64,000 nt of DNA from a virus, in the IMG/VR virus record IMGVR_UViG_3300043777_000365, positions 1 to 64,000 of that record, one strand, 5' to 3'. Both the position numbers and the translations under genes were made by a program. The notes under the pieces are model-generated. The model was not told the origin of the DNA and ran no database searches. It saw only the letters and a list, made by a program, of their open reading frames with translations. Positions 8,929 through 17,577 of the stretch are shown here, one piece after another (position 1 is the first letter of the stretch; each line of letters starts with the position of its first letter).

Positions 8929-10083
8929 TCAGGCGGCCTTCAGCGCGAGGCCGGCCGCGCGCTCGAGGTCGAGCTTCTTCTCCGGGTCTTCGGCCTGCCC
9001 GGCGAGCCAGCTGAGGACGTTGCTCGCCCTCCACGTCGACTTGCCCGCGGGGAGGTTCGTGACGTCGTCCCCCTCGAACAGCTCCTTCGCCTTCTTCTGC
9101 TCCTCCTTGTTCAGGAACTTGCCGAAGCGGTTGCCGACGGCGGCCCAGCTGACCTGCTCCTCGTTGGCCTTCTGGATGGCGGCGACCGACTGCGAGATCT
9201 TCGCGGGGCCGAGCGCGGCGCGCACGACGTCGCGGAGGGCGGAGACGCTGGCCTTGGTGTCGAGGTCGTAGGTGCGCTGGGAGAACGCGATGTCGTCGGC
9301 GAGCTTCGCCCCGAGGTGGATCTGGCTGATCATGTCCTCGCCCGTCATCCCGTTGAGGCAGCGGACGCGGAGCCCGAAGGACCGGAAGCCGTTCTTGCCG
9401 TTGCCGTAGTCGGAGTTGCTCCACTCCCCTCCGAACACGAGGAACTCGCCCGGGGTCACCTCCATGACCTCGGGGCGGATGACCTTGAGGGCGGTGCGGG
9501 TCTCGGTGAACACCCCGTCGATGGGGACGGCCCCGAGCGACTGGGCCTCCTCCATGAGGGCGGTGGCGAGTGGGCGGGAGTCGAGCCGGCGGAACTTGTC
9601 GCTGAGGAACCCGCGCACCTGGCCGACGGCGGAGCGCACGAGGTGTCGCGCGTTCGGCTGGCCCTCCTGGAAGTGGCTGTGGAGGATATGCACCGCGAGG
9701 TCGCGCTCCCAGGCATCCTTCGCCGACCAGAGCTGGCGAAGATAAGGGGCGGGGACTCCTGCGCGCTCGGCGAGCTGGCCTTGCGCGAAGGTCGAGATGC
9801 CTCGCGCCCCGGCGTCCGAGTAAGCCCGGTTGCCTTGTGCGAAGTCGAGGGTCGGTTGGAACACGTCCTTGCCGACCTCGCGGTAGCCGAACGTGAGCGC
9901 CGTGCTGCGCGCGATTTGGTCGGTCGGGCACTCGCGCTCGAGCCGCTCGAACACGTTCACGGCCTCGCGCGCCCCCGCCTGGATCTTGGCGTTGAGGATG
10001 GCGACGCGGCGGTCCGCGTCGGTCTGGCCCTGGGTGCGGGTGAGGACGTCAGCGATGAGGGCGGAATGTGTCTGAGTGGTCAT
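8929..10083 (-). CDS. DUF932-family phage/plasmid protein
   Basis: AQGQLAERAGVP..Y, VRGFLSDKFRRLD, NSDYGNG, RVRCLNGM; RBS AAAGGAG. Confidence 0.75.
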   Translation of the reverse strand: MTTQTHSALIADVLTRTQGQTDADRRVAILNAKIQAGAREAVNVFERLERECPTDQIARSTALTFGYREVGKDVFQPTLDFAQGNRAYSDAGARGISTFAQGQLAERAGVPAPYLRQLWSAKDAWERDLAVHILHSHFQEGQPNARHLVRSAVGQVRGFLSDKFRRLDSRPLATALMEEAQSLGAVPIDGVFTETRTALKVIRPEVMEVTPGEFLVFGGEWSNSDYGNGKNGFRSFGLRVRCLNGMTGEDMISQIHLGAKLADDIAFSQRTYDLDTKASVSALRDVVRAALGPAKISQSVAAIQKANEEQVSWAAVGNRFGKFLNKEEQKKAKELFEGDDVTNLPAGKSTWRASNVLSWLAGQAEDPEKKLDLERAAGLALKAA

Positions 10084-10144
10084 GGTCGGTTCTCCTTTGC
10101 GGGGCTTTGCCCCGGTGCTGCTTGGTCGGGTTGAAGGGGAAAGA

Positions 10145-10688
10145 TCACTCGTCGTTCGTGACGGCGTCGACGATCGCCTGCTCCAGGGTGCGTTTGCGCG
10201 AGACGCGCTCGAGCACCGACTCGATGGCGGCCGCGATGCTGAACGCCTCGTCCTCGTCCTCGGCCGCCACGAAGAAGACCCGCCGGGGACTCCCATCGGC
10301 CCAAGGCTTGGCGTCAGTGGGGAGAAAGGTCACGCGGTACCGGTTCACACCGCCCTCCGGATCGCGAGGAGCAACCTGAGCGCGCCCAGCCGGGCGATGA
10401 CCCGCATCATGTCGAGCTCGACGGCGCTCATCGGAGCACCACGATCGTCTGCTCGCCCTCGCCCCGGCCGCCGTCCTCGTCATCCCTCGGGAGTGCGAAC
10501 TTGTCGTGGTACGCGGACCAGCTCACGTCGAGCTGGTCGACCTGCCCCACCTCGGCGACGACCGTCGTGCGCCAGTAGTCGCCGGACGGGTACGCGAACC
10601 CGACCTCGGCCTCGGGGTTGTCCAACATCTGGAGCATCTCGATGAGCTGCCCCACCGTCATCCCCTGGAACTTCCGCGGCGCGCTCAT
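10145..10688 (-). other. Two small hypothetical ORFs (approx. 10145-10348 and 10428-10688)
   Basis: ORF track; MTVGQLIEMLQ is a common start for small phage proteins. Confidence 0.55.
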
Positions 10689-10918
10689 GATTGCCCCCGA
10701 CCGTCGACCAGGGCCTCCCATGCCGCCGCAAACTCGGCGCGCTCGACAACGGCGAGATCCGCACACGTCTGCGCGTCGCCGGCCTGACCCGCGGCGCGCT
10801 CCCAGTTGTCGTACGCCTTAGCACCGTCTTGCTCGACGGGGACCTCGTCGGAGCGGCTCATGTCGTCGGCGAAAAGGATCTTGGCAAGCTGCGCGGCGGT
10901 CTTGGTCTTGGTGTCTAT
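10685..10918 (-). CDS. 77-aa hypothetical protein apparently starting at ATA (not in the ORF track)
   Basis: AAAGGAG RBS 6 nt before ATA; open frame IDTKTKTAAQLAKILFADD...; stop overlaps the next gene as ATGA. Confidence 0.5.
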   Translation of the reverse strand: MDTKTKTAAQLAKILFADDMSRSDEVPVEQDGAKAYDNWERAAGQAGDAQTCADLAVVERAEFAAAWEALVDGRGQS

Positions 10919-10960
10919 CTCGGTCTCCTTTGCGGGCCCTTTGTCCCGCCGACAAGGATC

Positions 10961-10988
10961 AATCTAGCCCATCGCGAGCTAGTTGCAA
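10961..10988 (-). promoter_or_regulatory. Sigma70-type promoter TTGCAA-N16-TAGATT with an imperfect inverted repeat in the spacer
   Basis: Minus strand ttgcaa ctagctcgcgatgggc tagatt, upstream of the RBS. Confidence 0.55.
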
Positions 10989-11017
10989 CCCGAAATCGTA
11001 CAAGCCCCCCGAAATAG

Positions 11018-11248
11018 TCACGGGAGGGCTTGTTTCGAAGCCTTTCCTGGGCGCCGGCCCACGCTCACCTTGGGCCGGATCCGCCCCAGCCGGGCGTCCT
11101 CCACGACCCACCGCTTCAGCGTCGACTCCGGCACCCCGAGCGCCTTCGCCGCCGCCGGCAGGCGCCCGTGGGACGAGATGAGCGCCGCGCTCACCTGGCG
11201 GAACCAAGTCTCCGGCTCGCACTGCCGCAAGTACGTGAGCTTGGTCAC
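11018..11248 (-). CDS. Small Fis-like HTH DNA-binding protein
   Basis: GRLPAAAKALGVPESTLKRWV. Confidence 0.75.
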   Translation of the reverse strand: MTKLTYLRQCEPETWFRQVSAALISSHGRLPAAAKALGVPESTLKRWVVEDARLGRIRPKVSVGRRPGKASKQALP

Positions 11249-11454
11249 GCTCCGCCCCGCATCCGCTCGAGGGCCATCTCCCACACCTCGCGCTCGCCGA
11301 GCAGCGACGCGTAGCCGCGGAGCGTGCACGGGTGGACACCGAGGACCCTCGCGGCGAGCGTGGTGCTGCCCGTCGTCGCGATGGCGTCGGCCACGACGCG
11401 CATCGCCCGGTGCGGCTGCGCGTGCACGAGGGGGGACAGGCTCGTCTTGATCAT
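11245..11454 (-). CDS. Small Fis-like HTH DNA-binding protein
   Basis: GSTTLAARVLGVHPCTLRGY. Confidence 0.7.
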   Translation of the reverse strand: MIKTSLSPLVHAQPHRAMRVVADAIATTGSTTLAARVLGVHPCTLRGYASLLGEREVWEMALERMRGGA

Positions 11455-11732
11455 GGCTCCCACCCCATCATGGTGCCCCGGTTGGAAACCCGGGTTTCCA
11501 AGACGGGCCTGCGGTGCACCGCGCGCAGCTCCCGCGCCCGCCGGCACTCCTCCCGGAGGAACACCGCCCACGGGGCCCGCCGCGAGTACCCGCACATCGC
11601 GCTCAAGTACTTCACCCCCAGCTCGTCGCACGTGTCGCGGCCGCGGCCACCGTGCTCCCGCGCGGCCTCGATGATCCGGGCGCGCGCCGCCTCCTCGTCG
11701 CACGCCCACCAGTCGGCGAGCGCGATGCTCAT
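11451..11732 (-). CDS. Small putative HTH protein
   Basis: RIIEAAREHGGRGRDTCDELGV resembles the two downstream HTHs. Confidence 0.5.
   Translation of the reverse strand: MSIALADWWACDEEAARARIIEAAREHGGRGRDTCDELGVKYLSAMCGYSRRAPWAVFLREECRRARELRAVHRRPVLETRVSNRGTMMGWEP
11482..11501. repeat. 20-bp palindrome TTGGAAACCCGGGTTTCCAA (representative copy of a 16-copy dispersed family)
   Basis: Perfect copies start at 11482, 15833, 19938, 21222, 24082, 29553, 32439, 43644, 45050, 54063, 59001, 60656 and 61527; variants at 38388 and 51069; truncated copy at 1-9. Confidence 0.97.
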
Positions 11733-11789
11733 GCCACCCATGCTTCCGTGTCTCCCGGACGGAAACGCTAGCACCGGATGCGGCCGCGT

Positions 11790-12734
11790 TCACCACACAT
11801 CGGCGACGGCCTCGGAGAGCTTCGTCGTGAGCAGGTCGGGCGGGGCGTTGGCCGGGTCCATCCCCTCGGGCAGCCGCGCGCGGGCCACCGGCACGTAGCT
11901 CGACAGCGCCGCGAGCAGCTGCTGGGCCGCCCTGTCCCCCGCCGGGTCCGCGTCCGTCGCCACGACCACGAACCTGAACCGCGACAGCTTGGCCACGGCG
12001 ACCGGGTCCACGCGCGAGCCGCCGAGGGCGAGCACCGGCCCCTCGCACACGCGCTCCACCGCCAGCGCGTTGAGCGCCCCCTCGACCACCACCACGCCGG
12101 CCCCGCCCGCCTCCCACGCGTGCTCCTCGCCGAACAGCACGCTCGTGTCCGGCCCCTCCTCCTCGCGCGGCGTCAGGTAGCGCACCGGCTGCCCCGCGTA
12201 GGCCCGCGCCGTGTAGCTGGCCACCCTGCCCGAGCCGTCCCGCACGGGGACCACGATGCGGCCGTCCAGGCGGCCCCCCAGCGCGTGGCCGAGCCCCCAG
12301 CGCTCCACCTGCCAGGGCTCGATGCCGCGCTTGTCCTGGGCGTACTGGCGCGCCGGCGTGGGCCAGTCCTCGAGCGGGGCAAGGATGACCTCCGGCGGCA
12401 GCTGAAACCCGCCCGGCCGGGGCGGGACGGTCACCCGGACCGCCGTCGGCGGGAGCTCGGCCACCTCCGCGTGGTCCGCGACCCACTGCCGCGCCACCCC
12501 GAACCCGACCCCGACGATGCGGGCCGCGAGCTGGACGGCGTTGCCCCCTTCTCCACAACTTCTGCATATCCACAAGCCCATCTTGTCCGGGTCGTCGTGC
12601 CGGATCGCGAAGCTTGGCTTGTTGTCCACATGGGTGCCGAGCGGGCACCGGCAGACGAGGTGGACGTCGTCGGAGAGCCTCTCGTCCACCTGCACCTCGA
12701 GCGAGGCTAGGAGCCTGCGGACGTCGAGGGTCAT
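11790..12734 (-). CDS. DnaG-like DNA primase (Zn finger plus TOPRIM)
   Basis: CPLGTH..DNKPSF..CRSC; GRIVVPV; VVVEG; TDADPAG; GMDP. Confidence 0.9.
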   Translation of the reverse strand: MTLDVRRLLASLEVQVDERLSDDVHLVCRCPLGTHVDNKPSFAIRHDDPDKMGLWICRSCGEGGNAVQLAARIVGVGFGVARQWVADHAEVAELPPTAVRVTVPPRPGGFQLPPEVILAPLEDWPTPARQYAQDKRGIEPWQVERWGLGHALGGRLDGRIVVPVRDGSGRVASYTARAYAGQPVRYLTPREEEGPDTSVLFGEEHAWEAGGAGVVVVEGALNALAVERVCEGPVLALGGSRVDPVAVAKLSRFRFVVVATDADPAGDRAAQQLLAALSSYVPVARARLPEGMDPANAPPDLLTTKLSEAVADVW

Positions 12735-13143
12735 CAGCTGGACGGGAGCCCCAAGGCGACTCGCCCCGCCGGCGTGAGCACCCACAGTCGCCTCGGGACG
12801 CTGGGGCCGTCGACGAAGCCGATGCTCTTCAGCTGCCGGAACACCATCTCCACCGGGGGGTCGGCCGCCGTGCACGGCCCTCGCTCCCCGAGCAGGACTA
12901 GGGCTTTGAGCTGCGGCGGGGTCAGCGCCGCCCGGAGCGAGGGGTGGATGCTCACCCTTCCTCCGCCAGGACGGCGACCCGCAGCGACGCCTCGCTCAGG
13001 ATGCGGTCGCACTTCGCCCGCATCGTCTCGAACTCGTCCACCCCGCGCGCCCCGGCGAGGAGCCCGAGCTCGAAGTTCAGGACCAGCTCCCTGGCGACGT
13101 CGATCTGCTCGACGATGTCGATGGCCGTGTCGCGCTTGCTCAT
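12734..13143 (-). other. Two small hypothetical ORFs (12734-12955 winged-helix-like; 12952-13143)
   Basis: Coupled ORFs; the second begins 7 nt after a CATGAT motif. Confidence 0.5.
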
Positions 13144-13209
13144 GACCCCCATCATGCCGCGCTTTGTTCCGATGCGTGGCATGATGATCCTCGGAGTGAA
13201 GGTAGAGGG

Positions 13210-14664
13210 TCAGCGCTTGCTCTTTCCCTTGCGGCCCGCCGGGGGCTGGCTCACGTTGCCGTCCGCGTCGAGGAAGTCCCCGATCTCGCCGGACGGCCCC
13301 TCCTGCCTCGCCGCCCGCACGAACGGCACCGTCGTCCCCTGCCCGTACCAGCCCTTGTCCGGGTCGTAGGAGACCTCGACCCTCTGCGGGTAGGGACCGT
13401 AGCGGCGCTTCAGCACGTCGACCTCGAGCACGTCGTCCGGGATCTCCTTGAACTGCGACGGCCGGTGGATGCCGAGCTGCGTGTCGCCCACGTCCGTCCA
13501 CGAGCTCGACCCCTTGATGCCCTCGCGCGTCGGGTGGGGGTCGTCCCGGGTCTCGATGTCCTTGAGCCGCTGCTGGGCGAGCAGGATGAGGTGGCTCTGC
13601 GTCTCCTGCGCGATGGCCTGCGTGCGCTCGAGCGCGCGCTTCTCCTCCTCGGGCCGCTGGTCCACGAGGCACCGGTCCCAGAGGTCGCACACCATCACGT
13701 CGGCCCCCGTGTCGGCGACGTACTGGTGGATCAGGTCGAGGTTGGCCGCGTTGCTGCTGCGCTCCTTCTGCTGCCGCCCGAAGGGGTTCTGCATGAACCT
13801 CACGTGCCGCCCGACGACGGCGGCGGCCTTGCCGACGAGCTCCTGCTCCTCGTCGGAGTGCTCGCCGTGGAGGAACCGGGTCCGGCTCACGGCGTAGCCC
13901 TTCAGCGCGAGGAACATGATCGCCAGGAGCTCGAGGCTTATCCGGTCCCCCATCTCCCACGCCCCGTAGAGCACCCGCCGGCCGCGCATCGCCTGGCCGA
14001 GCGCGATGCGCGCGGCCATCGTGCTCTTGCCCCCTCCCGAGACCGCCGTCAGCACCGTGAGCATCCCCGGCTTGGCCCCCGGGGCCAGCCGGCTCTTGCC
14101 CGTGCGCTCGTCCACGTCGAGCGCCTCGATGCCGTACGGGTAGACGGCCTCGCCGCGCCTCCGGGCCTCGAGCTCGTCGAGCATCTCGGTCACGACCGCG
14201 GACGAGTCGCGCAGGTAGCGGCGGTCCCGGTGCTCGCCGAGCGCCTCCGCCACCTGTCGCGCCAGCGCCTTCACCCGCTCGTGCGGGGTGGAGCGGTCCT
14301 TCAGCGCGCCGAGCAGGGCGTTGAGCGGGCCGCGCGTGCACTCCGCCCGGGCCGAGTCCCAGAGCAGGCTCTCCACGGCGTGCTCGAGGTTGCGGGGCGG
14401 CCCGCCGAGCGCGAGCTGCTCGGCGTAGGCGACGTCGAGCTCGGGGAAGAGCCCCTTGGCCGTCTGCGGGTCCCACTCGAGCCGCCGCCGCTGCACCTCC
14501 TCGATCGCCTGCCACGCCACCTGGTGCTGCCGGTGCTGGAAGCGGTCGCTCTTGATCCGCCGCACCAGCGACGCTCTCGCCTCGGGGTCGCGCATCGCGG
14601 CGGCCACCACGATGCTCTCCCCCAGGACGTCGACTTGGACCTCCGCCTCGCGCGGGTCGCTCAC
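13210..14664 (-). CDS. DnaB-like replicative helicase
   Basis: Walker A AVSGGGKST; WEM; Walker B VMVCD; LLAQ; IKGSS; KRRYGP. Confidence 0.9.
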   Translation of the reverse strand: MSDPREAEVQVDVLGESIVVAAAMRDPEARASLVRRIKSDRFQHRQHQVAWQAIEEVQRRRLEWDPQTAKGLFPELDVAYAEQLALGGPPRNLEHAVESLLWDSARAECTRGPLNALLGALKDRSTPHERVKALARQVAEALGEHRDRRYLRDSSAVVTEMLDELEARRRGEAVYPYGIEALDVDERTGKSRLAPGAKPGMLTVLTAVSGGGKSTMAARIALGQAMRGRRVLYGAWEMGDRISLELLAIMFLALKGYAVSRTRFLHGEHSDEEQELVGKAAAVVGRHVRFMQNPFGRQQKERSSNAANLDLIHQYVADTGADVMVCDLWDRCLVDQRPEEEKRALERTQAIAQETQSHLILLAQQRLKDIETRDDPHPTREGIKGSSSWTDVGDTQLGIHRPSQFKEIPDDVLEVDVLKRRYGPYPQRVEVSYDPDKGWYGQGTTVPFVRAARQEGPSGEIGDFLDADGNVSQPPAGRKGKSKR

Positions 14665-14800
14665 GCGGAATGTTCGGACTTTTTGATCATCGCAACGGCC
14701 CGCTCGTAAACCACCGGGAGTCGCGCGTTCGCAGGACTCGGAATCCTCGCAAGTGCCGCGTCATCCGGAATCTTCGATTCATCGAAACCGAACGCCTCGC

Positions 14801-15148
14801 TCACAGCCTCACCTCATAAAGCGCATCATCCAACGCGGTGTTGCCAAGTCCGTTTACAGCCCCATTGTCCTCGCGGATGCCTTCTTTGGCGTTCCAAACC
14901 TTCACGATTCGCTTCGCCTCCAAAAACTTCCGCATCGCCATCCCGATTGGAATGACTTGCAGCTCAGGTTTCCCGGCCTCTGCACTCGCGATCACGATCG
15001 CAGGTCCATTTACGAACGCGATGTCATCCGGATAGCCACCCTTACCGTTCTCTACGCATCGCCTCGCCCTACCTTGCAACGCTTTCACGAGATCCATCGG
15101 GCGGGCACTCGTCGAGGTCTTCTTCGAAATCTTCTTCAACGTCTTCAT
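14801..15148 (-). CDS. Hypothetical protein (lower GC)
   Basis: ORF directly downstream of a GCGGCATGATG motif. Confidence 0.55.
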   Translation of the reverse strand: MKTLKKISKKTSTSARPMDLVKALQGRARRCVENGKGGYPDDIAFVNGPAIVIASAEAGKPELQVIPIGMAMRKFLEAKRIVKVWNAKEGIREDNGAVNGLGNTALDDALYEVRL

Positions 15149-15231
15149 TGTCAACCATCATGCCGCGCGGCCTTCTTTCGGATCGCCGAATCTTCGAACG
15201 GTCCACTTGTACCAACTCGCACCGTCGCTCA

Positions 15232-15699
15232 TCACCCCACCTTCCCCGCGGTGGCCACCCTCCAGTCGGACACGAGCCCGGCGCAGAACTGGAGCCGGGC
15301 CCCGATTCGCCGCCCGTCGGGCCGGCGCTTCTTCTGCTCCACCTCCCGCCGCCACACCCACCGCATGAACCCGACCATCCTCGCCGCGTCCCCGCCGAAC
15401 GACTCCCTCAGCGTCCGGCCCGCGAGCAGCGTGCTCGCCGAGAACGCCTTGGGGGACATGTCCCCCGGCTCCGGCGCCACCTTGTAGACCTGCTCGTGCA
15501 GCCACGCCCAGAGCGCGACCAGGTGCGACGGCCTCATCTCCCCCCACCGCTGCGCCCTCCGGAGCTCCTCGGCCTCCGCCCTCACCACCTCCACGTGGGC
15601 CCTGCTCCCGATGCAGCTCGTCGCCTTTCTCTTCGGCCGCTTGAGCCTGATGGAACTCTCCAGCTCGTTGGCGCAGAAGTCGATCGAGAGCATCGCCAT
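15232..15699 (-). CDS. Hypothetical protein
   Basis: RBS AAGGAGG upstream of MAMLSIDF. Confidence 0.55.
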   Translation of the reverse strand: MAMLSIDFCANELESSIRLKRPKRKATSCIGSRAHVEVVRAEAEELRRAQRWGEMRPSHLVALWAWLHEQVYKVAPEPGDMSPKAFSASTLLAGRTLRESFGGDAARMVGFMRWVWRREVEQKKRRPDGRRIGARLQFCAGLVSDWRVATAGKVG

Positions 15700-15853
15700 G
15701 GGCACTACCTCCTTCGGGTTGGTCGGGGACGCGGACACCATCATGCCGCCGACGGATGAGCCGCCGTCGGCGCGCAAGGAGACGACTATGCGCCGGCGCT
15801 CAGGCGGTGGGAACCGCGCGGCGCGTCACCCGTTGGAAACCCGGGTTTCCAAA

Positions 15854-16099
15854 CTAGTCCCCGATCGTCACGTCCAACTCAATCCACCGGAACGGCTCGA
15901 CGACGTCGACCATGCACCGACCCTTCCAGACGCCGGTCTTGCAATCATCCGGGCTGGACGTGCAGGCGAGCTCGCCGAACCGGAGCGCGCTCCTCGGCAC
16001 CCACCCGCAGTCCGGGATGTCGGACGGGATCTCGCAGCCCATCCCGCGCAGCTCCCCAGCCGTGATGCACGTCCGCTCGTCGTACTCGGGCTCGGTCAT
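15854..16099 (-). CDS. Hypothetical protein
   Basis: MTEPEYDERTC; coupled to the helicase stop. Confidence 0.5.
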   Translation of the reverse strand: MTEPEYDERTCITAGELRGMGCEIPSDIPDCGWVPRSALRFGELACTSSPDDCKTGVWKGRCMVDVVEPFRWIELDVTIGD

Positions 16100-17577
16100 T
16101 CGGCCACCGTCACCTGCTTCGCCCACGCTCGCATGTTGCGCAGGTGCTCGTAGAACACCCGCTCGTCCCAGAGGTAGTGGAGGACCGCGTCGACCTTGCC
16201 CGCGCTGTTCCTGCAGAGCCGCCCTCGCACCTGGTTGAACAGCTGCTTGTTCGCCGCGATGGGCATCGCGCACACGCCGCGGCTCACCGTCGGCAGGTCG
16301 AGCCCGAGCCCCACCGCCTGCACCGTGCCCACGGCGCAGGCGAGCTCGCCCGCCTTCATCCTCCTCACCGTCTCCCGGAACTCCGTCCGGTTGTCCTGCC
16401 CCCCGAGCAAAAGCCCCGAGCGCACCCCGCGCGCGTTGAGCTGCACGTCCATCCGCCGGCAGTGGTCCACCCGGTGGCTGAAGACGAGCACCTGGTGGCC
16501 GGCGCGCGCCTCCCGCTCGGCCACGTCGACGGCGAGCTTGGTGCGCGAGGCGTCCGCCTCCATCGCGTCGAGCAGTGGCTTGTAGTCCTTGGCGAAGTCG
16601 AGCTCCCGCGGGCCGAGCAGCGCGTCCGCCTCGGGGTCGCCGGCGAGCGTCGGCCTCCAGCCCGTCTCGTACACGACCACCGCCACGTCGACCACGCGCC
16701 CCAGCCTCACCAGCTCGTCGTGCCCGACCTCGAGCGACACGTCGCCGAACTCGTCCTTGATGAGGAACGTCATCCCGTCCTTCCTCCGCTCGTCGGCCGT
16801 GATCCCGATCCGGTAGCGGGACGCGAACGGGTCGATGCTCGCGACGAACGTCTTGGCCGCGAAGCGTGACAGCTCGTCCGCCCCGACCATCCCCCACCAC
16901 CTGTAGAACTTGGGGTCCTTGATGCGGGCGATGGTCTGCTGCATCGCGACCGTCACCGGCGAGTAGGTGGGCGCCTTGCCGCCGCCCACCCGCCCTATAA
17001 GCCTCCGGTCCACCCCGAGCTCCGACTCGACTCGGTCCACCCACTGGTCGAGCAGGGCCGCGCTCCACACCACCACGAGCGTGGGGAACTTCTTCCGCAC
17101 CGCGCACGCGAGGAACGACGTCGTCTTGCCGCCGCCGACTCCGCCGCGGATGGAGCAGTTCTCCTCCGCGAGCATCGCCTGCACGAGCCGCTCTTGGTCC
17201 GGGTAAAGCGCGCGGTCGTCGTTCGGGAAGATGTCCTTGGGCCACTCGAACCCGGTCCGGTACCGCTCCGGCAGCTCCCCCTCCGTCCGCTCGTCGACCA
17301 CGTGCATCGCTTGGCCGGCGGCCTCGAGCGCCTCGCGCACGCGCCCCAGCCCGCCGCGGGGGAAGGACGCCTCGTCGTCGACCTCGGACCGCCACGTCGC
17401 GATCGTGGGGGGGTGCTCGCGGTGGTCGAACCGCTTGCCCATCGCCTTGAGCTTCCAGTGCCTCGGGTTGCGGTGGGTGAACGCCGCCTTGAGGGCGGCC
17501 ATCGCCTCGGGCTCGACCTGGCTGGGGGAGAGCCGGATGCGGTCGTCGACGACCACCCGGGCGACGCGGTCCGCCAT
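16096..17577 (-). CDS. Superfamily 2 (ResIII/UvsW-like) helicase
   Basis: LYPDQ; GGVGGGKT; variant motif II DELSR; GITA..RKDG; GLDLP; QVRGRLCR. Confidence 0.88.
   Translation of the reverse strand: MADRVARVVVDDRIRLSPSQVEPEAMAALKAAFTHRNPRHWKLKAMGKRFDHREHPPTIATWRSEVDDEASFPRGGLGRVREALEAAGQAMHVVDERTEGELPERYRTGFEWPKDIFPNDDRALYPDQERLVQAMLAEENCSIRGGVGGGKTTSFLACAVRKKFPTLVVVWSAALLDQWVDRVESELGVDRRLIGRVGGGKAPTYSPVTVAMQQTIARIKDPKFYRWWGMVGADELSRFAAKTFVASIDPFASRYRIGITADERRKDGMTFLIKDEFGDVSLEVGHDELVRLGRVVDVAVVVYETGWRPTLAGDPEADALLGPRELDFAKDYKPLLDAMEADASRTKLAVDVAEREARAGHQVLVFSHRVDHCRRMDVQLNARGVRSGLLLGGQDNRTEFRETVRRMKAGELACAVGTVQAVGLGLDLPTVSRGVCAMPIAANKQLFNQVRGRLCRNSAGKVDAVLHYLWDERVFYEHLRNMRAWAKQVTVAE

Noticed and set aside
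11482-11501. The 20-bp palindrome as a canonical parS or a second CRISPR repeat
   Set aside because: It differs from the parS consensus TGTTNCACGTGAAACA, and copies are kilobases apart rather than regularly spaced
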